DNA from: Candidatus Multivoradales bacterium
GTDB taxonomy: Bacteria; Acidobacteriota; Thermoanaerobaculia; Multivoradales; Multivoraceae
NCBI GenBank assembly: GCA_965223325.1
Contig: CBDCWI010000001.1
Location: 2,080,091 to 2,144,090, forward strand
Reading direction: 5' to 3'
Length of the DNA: 64,000 nucleotides
The stretch's first letter is position 1. Each line of letters opens with the position of its first letter. Positions 20,134-29,688 of this stretch are shown here, piece after piece. Both the position numbers and the translations under genes were made by a program. Under the pieces are notes generated by a model. That model worked only from the letters and a program-made list of their open reading frames with translations. It was not told the DNA's origin and made no database searches.

Positions 20134-21996
20134 ATGACCCTTCTTCCGGAGACTCCGAGAATGAGCAGTACAACCACCGGCGGCTTCTGGAACACCGTGA
20201 GTGGCTGGTTTCAAAACGACCCGCCATCCTCTGATTTCGACGCTGGCCAAACCACGCCGCAGCAGGCAGGGCCGTGGCTACCCGGCGACAGCTACGAGGG
20301 CTCCGACGACTTCTCCGTGCCGTGGGCGCTCGATGCGCCCGAAACTGCGCCGTCACGCGACATCGAAAAGCAGAACGGCCTCTCCTTCGGCGATTGGCTG
20401 GGTGAAGCGCAACGGACCGTCGCCGATGGATTCGACTCGGCGCTTGAAAGCACAGCCAACTTCGCCATCGAACACGGGTTCGACGATCTGGTTGAGGGCT
20501 GGAACGAGCGCCTGACCAGTGCGCGCGACGAGACCGTCGCGGCGCTAGATCGAGTGGGCAGCGCCATCGAGGGCGCCTTCGACAAGGTCACCGAGCGCGC
20601 CGCCGAAGAAATCCTCGACGCCGAGGATGCTGCGATCCGCAGCGGCGAGTGGATTGAAGAGAAGGTCACAACCATGACCGATACGGCGCTCGACACTATC
20701 GACGACCTCACACGCCCCGTCGCTGAGGTGATCGCTGGCCGCGAATACATTCAGGAGGCAATGGCGAACACCGCTCACACCTTCGTCTCGATCGGCTTCG
20801 AAGTCGGCGTCGCCACCGCAAAGGTTGGCGAGTCGCTCTGGGAACACCGCGACGAGATCTGGAACGAAGGCGTCAGCACGGGAGTCGAGCGCCTCGAAGA
20901 CGGCTTCGACAGCACGGCTCCAGGCAAGATGTTCTCCGCCGCCATGGAAGCCGGCGCCTGGACCGAGAACCTGGAAGGCACCATCGACTTCTGGGCAGAC
21001 AAAGGTCGCGACCTGGCGCGCGAGAAAGGCACCGAAGCCTGGCGCGAGCACGACGGGGAGTGGATCTCGAACGCGAGCGAAGCCGCAGCCGACCACTTCG
21101 GCGACGTCGCACGTTCCGGCAGCTACCCGGGATGGCTCGCAGACCAGACCCGCGACTTTGCCAGCCGAATGGACGGACACATCGAGAAGATCGAGGAGGT
21201 CTTCTGGGAAGTCGACCACCGCATCGAAGCGCTCGAGCAGGAGGCCCGAGAGTGGCAGGTTGAGAACCCCGAGAACAGCTGGCGGGAATCCCTGGCGCTT
21301 GCGGCCTTCGGCGACGAGCACTACGAGCTCCTGGAGGTTCAAGGCGACCTGACCGACCCGAACCCCTCCATCTTCGTCAACGGAATCTGGAACAACGAGG
21401 GCCAGGCCACCGCTAACGCGAACACCGTCTACCGCGCTACAGGAGAGAACGTGCTGCCGTTCCACAACCCGACCGATGAGAGCAACAAGGTCATCGACCC
21501 GTTCTCCACGCAGTTCAACAACAAGCCCGACCTTCTGGATCGCTCCACGGAAGGGCTGGTCCTCCAGATCCGTCAGCAACTGGCAGAAAACCCCGGCGAG
21601 ACGGTGCGGCTTCACCTGCACAGCCAGGGTGCCGCCCTGGGGTCGGCAGCGCTCTCCTATCTCTCAGTGGAAGAACGAGCGCGCATCGACGTCGTCTCCT
21701 ACGGGGGTGCCGCCTACGCCTATCCACCGGGCCTTCGTTCGCTCGACGCTATAGTCAACGTCCGCGACACCGTGCCCAATCTGGTCGGCGCGGGATTCCC
21801 GGGGATGGCACAACTCGGGAACTACAAGCGCAATGGCTACTCGATTCGCTATATCGACTCAGGTGACGACGGCAACTGGGGAACGACCCACGGCATGGAG
21901 ACCTATCTCAGCGCACTAGAGAACGGCGCAACGCAAACGCGCTGGGGTGCCAGCCTGAAACGACTGTTGAGGCGCGGTGATGAGTCGACACGTTGA
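20134..21996 (+). CDS. Acidic helical N-terminus plus C-terminal alpha/beta-hydrolase (lipase-like) domain
   Basis: FVNGIWN, LHLHSQGAALG nucleophile elbow, VSYGGAA, N..D.VP, C-terminal H....Y. Confidence 0.65.
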   Translation: MTLLPETPRMSSTTTGGFWNTVSGWFQNDPPSSDFDAGQTTPQQAGPWLPGDSYEGSDDFSVPWALDAPETAPSRDIEKQNGLSFGDWLGEAQRTVADGFDSALESTANFAIEHGFDDLVEGWNERLTSARDETVAALDRVGSAIEGAFDKVTERAAEEILDAEDAAIRSGEWIEEKVTTMTDTALDTIDDLTRPVAEVIAGREYIQEAMANTAHTFVSIGFEVGVATAKVGESLWEHRDEIWNEGVSTGVERLEDGFDSTAPGKMFSAAMEAGAWTENLEGTIDFWADKGRDLAREKGTEAWREHDGEWISNASEAAADHFGDVARSGSYPGWLADQTRDFASRMDGHIEKIEEVFWEVDHRIEALEQEAREWQVENPENSWRESLALAAFGDEHYELLEVQGDLTDPNPSIFVNGIWNNEGQATANANTVYRATGENVLPFHNPTDESNKVIDPFSTQFNNKPDLLDRSTEGLVLQIRQQLAENPGETVRLHLHSQGAALGSAALSYLSVEERARIDVVSYGGAAYAYPPGLRSLDAIVNVRDTVPNLVGAGFPGMAQLGNYKRNGYSIRYIDSGDDGNWGTTHGMETYLSALENGATQTRWGASLKRLLRRGDESTR

Positions 21997-22705
21997 CGCG
22001 AGCGCCAGCTGTTCGCGCAGCATCGGGCGCCTTGTTCTCGTTTCAGTTTTGTTGGCATTGCTGGCGGGCGGCTGCTTCCGAGAACGTCGCCGACCGCCGG
22101 CTCCACCGGAGATCCAGGGCGAGACCGTACGCAAGAACATCATCGATGCAACCCAGGCTCCGGAGTACTCGTGGCTCGCGGCGCAATGCCTCGAAACAAC
22201 CACCTGGATCTACGGGGCAGAGAGCAACGATCTGCTTCCCAACGAACAGAACCCGGGCTCGAAGTCCTCGATGATGGGTCTCTACCGCGGTGTCCTCAAA
22301 GCCGCTGAGCTCGGTGGCGGCACACCAAGCCATCCCAGCGAGTACTTCTATGGCCTGAAGATCGACTCGTTCCAAGAACCGACCACCGACCCATTCAAGG
22401 GACGTCTGGTCCTCCTGATGCCTCCAGGAACGCAGTTCGAAGTCTCGACGATCTATATCGAAGACGAATGGCACGCCGCCCCTTTCCTCTACCCGATTGC
22501 CGACCTGGTCGACGACCGGGAGCAACCGTTCCGGGCGTACGTCGGGCGCCTCCTGACGCTCGACGCAAGGAATGTCGTCAAAGCCCACACCTACGGCGAC
22601 CGGGTCCGCGCAGGCGAAAGCCCGTTCGACGAGGACGTGCTCCGCTTCTGCGACGCTGCTTCTTCAGACGAACCCTCAGCCGAAGCCTCAGCTACCGAAC
22701 CCTGA
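21977..22705 (+). CDS. Hypothetical lipoprotein
   Basis: Hydrophobic leader ending LLAGGC; overlaps the upstream stop. Confidence 0.65.
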   Translation: MMSRHVDASASCSRSIGRLVLVSVLLALLAGGCFRERRRPPAPPEIQGETVRKNIIDATQAPEYSWLAAQCLETTTWIYGAESNDLLPNEQNPGSKSSMMGLYRGVLKAAELGGGTPSHPSEYFYGLKIDSFQEPTTDPFKGRLVLLMPPGTQFEVSTIYIEDEWHAAPFLYPIADLVDDREQPFRAYVGRLLTLDARNVVKAHTYGDRVRAGESPFDEDVLRFCDAASSDEPSAEASATEP

Positions 22706-22825
22706 TCTCGCCCACCCGCTCGAGGCTTCGAGGGTGCGGGAATCCGCACCGCCCTACCTGACGCTAGGCCAAAAACGCACTTTTGACTAGGTCATCGTCA
22801 ATTTTCCGCGTAAAATGACGGCGTC

Positions 22826-23995
22826 ATGGTCAAAAATGACAAATCAGCCTACCCTCGCATCCTCGAACGCCCGCCAGGAAGCTTCTTCCTGCTCGGCCCC
22901 CGAGGTGTCGGCAAAAGCACCTGGGTCCGTCAGCTAGACAAAGCCCATCGGTTCGACCTGCTCAACGAAGGGCTCTACCAGGAGCTTCTGGCCAACCCGT
23001 CGCTGCTCGCCGAAGAAGTCAACACTCTCGACTCGGGTTCATGGGTCGTGGTCGATGAGGTCCAGCGCATCCCCGGGCTCTTGAACGAAGTCCATCGGCT
23101 GATCGAGGAGCGCGGGCTTCGATTCGCCCTGCTCGGGTCGAGCGCGCGCAAGCTCAAGACCGCGGGGACCAACCTGCTGGCGGGCCGAGCAGTGCGCAAA
23201 CTCATGTTCCCCTTCGTACCAGAAGAACTCGGTGACGACTTCCATCTCGACGACGCACTACGCTACGGCTCCATCGCCGTCATCTCAGAAGCGCCCGATC
23301 GTGCAGAGGCGCTCGAGGCCTACGTACAGATGTACCTGAAAGAAGAGATTCGTGCCGAAGCCCTGGTGCGAAACCTGCCAGCATTCGCACGATTCCTCCC
23401 CGTTGCCGGCCTCTTCCACGGCCAAGCAATCAACGTTTCCGCCATCGCACGTGACGCCGGAACTGCGCGCAGCACCGTGAACGGGTACCTGGAGATCCTC
23501 GAAGACACCCTCTTGACCACCACCGTCCCAGGCTTCGACTCGAAGCTTCGAACCCGGGAGCGAAAGCACCCCAAGCTCTACTGGGTCGACCCCGGCCTGG
23601 CGCGCCAGGTCCAGAAGAGGCGCGGCCCTCTTTCACATGAAGAGCGAGGTCCACTTCTGGAGGGCTACGTCCTCGGCCTTCTCAGAGCCCACGCCGAAGT
23701 CTCTGACCTATACGACGACGTCTACTACTGGGCGCCCGCAAGAGCGAAGACCCTCGAGGTCGACTTCCTGCTGGAACGCCAGGGGCGGCACATCGCCATC
23801 GAAGTGAAGGCACAACCGCGATACAACACCGCAATGTTGAAAGGCCTACGCGCCCTTTCCGAACTGCCATCTCTGACCAGGAGCATCCTGGTCTACGGCG
23901 GGGAGAGATCGTTCCGAACGAGCGACGGCATCGAAGTATGGCCGCTGCTCAAACTGTCGGAAGCGCTGGCCGAGAAAACCCTCTGGCAGCCCTGA
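22826..23995 (+). CDS. AAA+ ATPase (AAA_14) with DUF4143 domain
   Basis: GPRGVGKST, VVDEVQR, LLGSS, LAGRA, PKLYWVDPG, EVDFL...IEVK. Confidence 0.9.
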   Translation: MVKNDKSAYPRILERPPGSFFLLGPRGVGKSTWVRQLDKAHRFDLLNEGLYQELLANPSLLAEEVNTLDSGSWVVVDEVQRIPGLLNEVHRLIEERGLRFALLGSSARKLKTAGTNLLAGRAVRKLMFPFVPEELGDDFHLDDALRYGSIAVISEAPDRAEALEAYVQMYLKEEIRAEALVRNLPAFARFLPVAGLFHGQAINVSAIARDAGTARSTVNGYLEILEDTLLTTTVPGFDSKLRTRERKHPKLYWVDPGLARQVQKRRGPLSHEERGPLLEGYVLGLLRAHAEVSDLYDDVYYWAPARAKTLEVDFLLERQGRHIAIEVKAQPRYNTAMLKGLRALSELPSLTRSILVYGGERSFRTSDGIEVWPLLKLSEALAEKTLWQP

Positions 23996-24337
23996 CAGTA
24001 TGGTGGCCTTTATCAAAGACCGATTTTGTCAACCATTGTTTGACCAAAATCGAGCTTCAGCAAAGCTCCTGGTGCTCTAGAAATCTCCTGGCACAGAGGA
24101 GGGAGCGAGTCGGCATCCCGAGTTCTATCGACGGAGCTCCCGGCGAAGAGGCTAAGCAGGCCTGAATAGCCCGGACACCGCGGACTCCAGATCCTGGATC
24201 CACGTCTCCACGCCACACCTGGCATCACCGGTAACAACTCCGGAGCAGTCCGGAACGAAACATGAGACACGGCACGAGGACCATCTCATGAGCGACGCAC
24301 GAACCAACCAGGACACCGACGCCCCAGGAGGCGACGA

Positions 24338-24769
24338 ATGAACCCACCCTCGACACCAAACCGGAGGGCCCGCTTCACCACCGCAACCGCCTTCGCAATC
24401 CTCGCCCTCCACGCCGCGGCCGCCCTATACCTCCAGAACGTCGGCCGTCGAGTCGTCGAGAACGGCGCCACTTCCCTGGCACCCGAGACCCTCGCCACCT
24501 ACCACGGCGCCCTCATCACAAGCGTCGTCATCTCAGGCCTACTCGCAGCGTGGTGTCTCTTTCGCCCACTCACAACACCAACGTTCCTCCAGCGTGCCGC
24601 CGCCGCAATCCTTCCGCTCCTCATGCTGAGTGGCATCGCTCTCACCGGCAGAATGCTGGAGTACAACGCCAGCGGCGAGGTCTGGGTGTGGCGCGTGAAG
24701 GACGAACCTCCCTACGACCTCTGCGACTACGCTCGGGGAGAGCTGGGGCCGAACTGGGGAGTTGAGTAG
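24338..24769 (+). CDS. Hypothetical membrane protein (3 TM)
   Basis: RBS aggagg; three hydrophobic segments. Confidence 0.55.
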   Translation: MNPPSTPNRRARFTTATAFAILALHAAAALYLQNVGRRVVENGATSLAPETLATYHGALITSVVISGLLAAWCLFRPLTTPTFLQRAAAAILPLLMLSGIALTGRMLEYNASGEVWVWRVKDEPPYDLCDYARGELGPNWGVE

Positions 24770-25067
24770 CTGACTGCGCTCGGTTCAGAACAACGACGAG
24801 AACGCGACCCGGCCGTGTGCCATGAGAGAGGGTCAAGACCGGCAAGAACGTCGCCGTGGCTGACAGAAGTAGAAAGACGATCTGGTTCGCGGAGAGCACG
24901 GTTGAGGTGCGTTCGAGGCGGTTCGACCGACTCGTTGGGTTTCTTGCTTCTCGAGGAGTCGACGAAGAGGCTCACCGAGCTTGCCTGCCCAACCGCCCCG
25001 TCTTCGAAGCCCGGAGTAGGCACGAGTCTCCGGTCCTTGGGCCGGAGTACGCAACCGAACGACTCAG

Positions 25068-25946
25068 CTAACTCGCCTTCAAGAAGTGCTCATACCGAGT
25101 CGCCAGGCGATCGCGATCCGGCCGTTCAGCCTTCTTCGACGGCACGACGATGCTCTCGCCGTTCATGTCCTGAAGCCCGTGCCTCAACATCGGGCCATCG
25201 ACTTCCATGAGAATGTCCTCACGAATCGTCACCACGTAGTCGGGAGACACGCCGAGAATGTTGCTGTCGTACGCAGCGTGATGGATCTTGCACAAAGCAA
25301 GACCATTGCGGACGAAGGGCTGGCCCTCGACTTCCGAGTCAGGAATGATGTGGCTGGCATCGAGCAACTCGCGGTGCCGAAGTCTGCAAACCGAACATTG
25401 GTCCCGGTAGGCCCTGAGCACCCTCTCCCGGAACGTCCGCTGGTGGAGGCGACGGCGGTAGGTTACCGATGAGTAGACGCGATCGGCCACCTCGTCACCT
25501 TGGCCTCTCGCCTGGGACATCCCCGGCTGAAGATCGGCGGTGAATGTCAGCGACTCCGGATCGTCGCCGACGATGTAGATCGGCCACGCTGCCAGATAGC
25601 GCCCTGGAACGAGCCCATGGAAGTGCACGAGTGGCACGTGTCGCCTCATCGCCTCACGGAGCCCGACATTGTCGCGGTGGAGAGGATCGCTACCGCGGTA
25701 CTTGTAGCCAAGCAGGTCGCCATCCAGCGTGTCTGTGTACGGCCCTTTGGGTGACGTCGTGATCGAGATCGGCCAAGTCATCATCCTTGGCGTGAAGATC
25801 CCCTGCGGGCCCATCAGATGGACCCGCTCGCCCGCCACTTCGAAGCCTGCCGTGAGGAGCGTCCTGGGCAAGACGTCGCCGAGAAGGTCGACCTGAGCGC
25901 GAAGCCAGTTGAAGGTGGCTTGTCGATGAATCTGATCCGGAGTCAA
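25068..25946 (-). CDS. HNH endonuclease with N-terminal SRA/PUA-like domain (putative type IV restriction enzyme)
   Basis: Q..FR..VL.AY...C..C, ASHIIP...NGLALC..HH..YD; N-terminal 'YKYRG.DP...DN..LR.AM' segment. Confidence 0.8.
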   Translation of the reverse strand: MTPDQIHRQATFNWLRAQVDLLGDVLPRTLLTAGFEVAGERVHLMGPQGIFTPRMMTWPISITTSPKGPYTDTLDGDLLGYKYRGSDPLHRDNVGLREAMRRHVPLVHFHGLVPGRYLAAWPIYIVGDDPESLTFTADLQPGMSQARGQGDEVADRVYSSVTYRRRLHQRTFRERVLRAYRDQCSVCRLRHRELLDASHIIPDSEVEGQPFVRNGLALCKIHHAAYDSNILGVSPDYVVTIREDILMEVDGPMLRHGLQDMNGESIVVPSKKAERPDRDRLATRYEHFLKAS

Positions 25947-26358
25947 GGCAGATGCTTCCCCTTAGGGCGATCTAGCGAACGGGGCGAGAAGTCGTCTAGA
26001 ACACGCGAGTCGAGCGGCGTTCGCTGGCGCGGCAACAACCCCGATGCTGCCCGCCCCGGCCCCGGTACGCAACCGCCGCCGGCACTACCGCCCCAGCCAG
26101 CCCAGAGCCGGCCTCTCCTTCCACCTATTGGCGAAAGCCCCGGACCTTTCGTCGTTTGACGATCTGCTGTCTCTTATATAGATTACCCATTATTCGAGTA
26201 ATTCTTCTATTGCTCATTTTTCCCGTCTCCTTTTCCACCTCTCCCAAGGCCTGCCTCCCTACTCCTCGTATCCCCAGCTAGCCCGTCACTGAAGGGCAAA
26301 TGACACCCTGGTCGACCTAGATCAGGAGGGTGGTGGCTCCCCCCAAAGGAACACCCTC

Positions 26359-29300
26359 ATGGCCGACGCGCCACTCCGCTTTCCCGAGCGATTGCCTCGC
26401 CCTGGAGAACTCGTCCAGGTGCGCTCTCGAAAATGGCTCGTCGAGGAGGTGATCCCCGGCCCCACACCGGAAGCCTCCCCGCTCGTGCGCATCGGGTGTG
26501 CGGACGACGACAATGTCGGCCGCCAGATGGAGGTCTACTGGAACCTGGAGCTCGACCGGCGGATTCTCGAGACTGAGGCCTGGGACGATCTGGCTGCCAA
26601 CGGCTTCGACCACCCCGCGCTGTTCTCAGCCTTCTTGCACACTCTACGCTGGAACTGCGTGACCGCGACGGATCCGAACCTCTTTCAAGCACCGTTTCGG
26701 GCGGGAATCAAGATCGACGCCTACCAGATGGAGCCGCTACGCAAAGCGCTCAAGCTACCTCGCGTCAATCTGTTCATCGCTGACGACACCGGCCTCGGAA
26801 AGACCATCGAAGCAGGTCTCATCGCACGCGAGCTGCTCCTGCGAAAGAAGGCGAAGACCATTGTCGTCGCGGCACCGCCTTCTGTTCTAGAACAGTGGCG
26901 CGGAGAACTCGAGCACCGCTTCGGGCTCGTCTTCGAGATTCTCGATCGCAGCTACGTCGCCCGCATGCGCCGCGATCGTGGCTTCGGAGTCAACCCCTGG
27001 CGTACCCATAGCCGCTTCCTCGTCTCCCATAGGCTCCTGGCCGAGCCCGCCTACGCGGAGCCAATGCGGGAGTGGCTCGGGGAACTACTTCCTGGAAGCC
27101 TGCTCATTCTCGACGAGGCGCACCACGCGGCGCCTTCGAGCGGTGGTCGCTACGGCATCGAGAGCAAGTTCACTCGGGCAGTCCGTGACCTGGCACGACG
27201 GTTCGAGCACCGTTTGTTCCTCTCAGCGACACCCCACAATGGCCACTCCAGCAGCTTCTCCACCCTGCTCGAGATCCTCGACCCGCATCGCTTCACTCGC
27301 GGTGTGAAGATCCGCGGCAAGAGCTCCCTCAACGAAGTAATGGTGCGCCGGCTGAAGGAAGACATCCGAGCGGTTCAGGGAGGCTTTCCCAAGCGGGTGG
27401 TTGAGCGCGTCGTGCTCGAAAACCTACCCGACGACTCACCAGAGCTCGTCCTTTCACGCCTGCTCGCCGACTACCGTGCTCTCCGAGAGACGCGGTTCAA
27501 AGAAGCAAGCCGCAGCGCTCGAACGGCTGCCGGGCTGCTCGTCGTGGGCCTCCAGCAGCGCCTTCTATCTTCCACGGAGGCCTTCGCTCGTAGCCTCCAC
27601 GTGCACCGTCGGACGGTCGAGCGCCACTGGGAGAAGGAACAAGAAAAGGCCCCTGCGAAAGCGGGGTTTGTCCAGGAGCAAGCCGAGCTGTACACCACTT
27701 CTTCGGACGCCGAAGACGAACGTGCGGATCTGCGCGACGACCAGCTGGAGGCCGAGGAGGTCTTACAGCTCGAAACCGTGACGGCCGCGAGCGAAGCTGC
27801 AATCGAACAACACGCGGCCGCGCGTGACTCCTGGCGGAAGGAGCAGGACCTGCTCGAGCGCATGACGGCGATCGCTGAAGAGCACCGCACCCTTCCAGAC
27901 GCCAAGGTCGGGTTCCTCCTCAATTGGCTTCGCGAGCACCTGTGCCCAGACCTTCCGCCTCTCGGCGAACGCCCGAGCGGCAATCCCCCTCGCTGGCTGG
28001 AACGTCGCGTTTTGATCTTTACTGAGAACCGGCAGGGCACGAAGAACTACCTGCGCGAGATCCTCGAACATGCAATCGAGCACACCGAGGAACCACAGCA
28101 CCGAATCGAAGTCATCGACGGGCTGGTCGCGAGCCAGCGCCGCAAGGAGATCCAGCGGCGGTTCAACACCCACCCGAGCAAAGACCCGCTTCGAATCCTC
28201 ATTGCCACCGATGCGGCACGCGAGGGGCTCAACTTCCAGGCACACTGCACTGACCTGTTCCACTTCGACCTACCGTGGAACCCGGGCCGCATCGAGCAGC
28301 GGAACGGACGCATCGACCGGAAGCTTCAGCCAGCTGCCGAAGTCCGATGCCACTACTTCGTTCTACCCCAGCGCGCCGAAGACCGAGTACTCGACGTTCT
28401 GGTCCGTAAGACGGAGACCATCAAGCGCGAGCTCGGTAGCCTTTCCAAAGTCCTCGAAGACGAGATCGAGTTGCAGCTCAACACCGAGGGCATCCGTCAC
28501 GAGGCGGCGGATGCCATGGCCGAGCGCATCGAAGCCGTCGACCTGGACGAGCAGGTCCGTCGAACCGCAGCCGAGGAACTCGACGCTGCCCGCGAACGCC
28601 AGGAAGACCTGAAGGGACAGATCGAGCGTTGCCGGACGCTCCTCGCGCGCTCCCGCGAGTGGGTACAGTTTCAGTCCGAACCTTTTCGCAAAGCATTGTC
28701 GGCGTCCCTCGAGATCCTCGGAGCTGAACCACTTCAGCGAGTGGAGACCGCAGACGGCGCCACCGCCTGGGAGTTTCCAAGGCTCGATCGTCGCGCCCAG
28801 ACCGACGCCAGCTGGGCGGCCACCATCGACACTCTCCGGCCGCCACGCCCGCCCGGCCAGAAGGTCCTCGAGTGGCGAAAGGAAGCACTCCCGCGCCCAA
28901 TCGTTTTTGAAGACGCCGGCGTCCTCACCGACGACACCGTGCATATGCACCTCGAGCAGCGGGTCGCGCAGCGCCTCCTCGCACGCTTCCGTTCGCAGGG
29001 CTTCGTCTATCACGATCTTTCCCGCGCCTGCCTCGCTCAAAGCCGCGACTCGATCCCCCGCCTCATTCTTCTTGGCCGGCTCTCGCTCTACGGGCGCGGA
29101 GCAGAACGCCTGCACGAGGAACTCGTCCCGCTCACCGCGCGCTGGATCGAGCCCAGCCAGCGCAGCGGCGCACTCCAGTGCTACGCGCGCGAAGCCGAAA
29201 ACCGCACGCTCAACCTTCTCGACGAGGTTCTTGAACGGGGCGGCCGCATTCCCGACGACGTCGTCCAGCGCCGGCTTCTCGAGTCAGCAGCCCAGGACAT

Positions 29301-29661
29301 AGGAGACCTCCTGCCACAACTCGAGGCTCGGGGCCGGGAGCTTGCAGCCGCGGCCACCAAAAAGCTTCAACAGCGTGGCGAACGCGAAGCGCGCTCACTC
29401 CACGAAACGCTCACCGTTCAGCGCAAGCGGGTGCTGCAGGAAGTCAAGCGGCACGAGAACGACTTCGACCAGCTGACCCTCGGCTTCAAAGAGGACGAGC
29501 GCCGCCAGCTGGAGAGCCATATGCGCTCCTGGCGGAACCGACTCGAGCAGTTCGACGCCGATCTCGAACAGGAACCGCAGCGCATCTCGAGCTTCTACGA
29601 AGTCCAGGCAGAGCGCCTGGAGCCCGTCGGGCTCGTCTATCTATGGCCCGACACCAACTAG
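26359..29661 (+). CDS. drmD: DISARM SNF2-like helicase
   Basis: ADDTGLGKT, DEAHH, SAT, EGLN, QRNGRIDR; first gene of the 5-gene operon. Confidence 0.92.
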   Translation: MADAPLRFPERLPRPGELVQVRSRKWLVEEVIPGPTPEASPLVRIGCADDDNVGRQMEVYWNLELDRRILETEAWDDLAANGFDHPALFSAFLHTLRWNCVTATDPNLFQAPFRAGIKIDAYQMEPLRKALKLPRVNLFIADDTGLGKTIEAGLIARELLLRKKAKTIVVAAPPSVLEQWRGELEHRFGLVFEILDRSYVARMRRDRGFGVNPWRTHSRFLVSHRLLAEPAYAEPMREWLGELLPGSLLILDEAHHAAPSSGGRYGIESKFTRAVRDLARRFEHRLFLSATPHNGHSSSFSTLLEILDPHRFTRGVKIRGKSSLNEVMVRRLKEDIRAVQGGFPKRVVERVVLENLPDDSPELVLSRLLADYRALRETRFKEASRSARTAAGLLVVGLQQRLLSSTEAFARSLHVHRRTVERHWEKEQEKAPAKAGFVQEQAELYTTSSDAEDERADLRDDQLEAEEVLQLETVTAASEAAIEQHAAARDSWRKEQDLLERMTAIAEEHRTLPDAKVGFLLNWLREHLCPDLPPLGERPSGNPPRWLERRVLIFTENRQGTKNYLREILEHAIEHTEEPQHRIEVIDGLVASQRRKEIQRRFNTHPSKDPLRILIATDAAREGLNFQAHCTDLFHFDLPWNPGRIEQRNGRIDRKLQPAAEVRCHYFVLPQRAEDRVLDVLVRKTETIKRELGSLSKVLEDEIELQLNTEGIRHEAADAMAERIEAVDLDEQVRRTAAEELDAARERQEDLKGQIERCRTLLARSREWVQFQSEPFRKALSASLEILGAEPLQRVETADGATAWEFPRLDRRAQTDASWAATIDTLRPPRPPGQKVLEWRKEALPRPIVFEDAGVLTDDTVHMHLEQRVAQRLLARFRSQGFVYHDLSRACLAQSRDSIPRLILLGRLSLYGRGAERLHEELVPLTARWIEPSQRSGALQCYAREAENRTLNLLDEVLERGGRIPDDVVQRRLLESAAQDIGDLLPQLEARGRELAAAATKKLQQRGEREARSLHETLTVQRKRVLQEVKRHENDFDQLTLGFKEDERRQLESHMRSWRNRLEQFDADLEQEPQRISSFYEVQAERLEPVGLVYLWPDTN

Positions 29662-29688
29662 CCCGGCACAACCAGAGCGAGGATCGAC

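Noticed and set aside
4540-21621. Long antisense ORFs (for example 4540-5808, 17612-18727, 20545-21621)
   Set aside because: Shadow frames of well-supported genes in high-GC DNA
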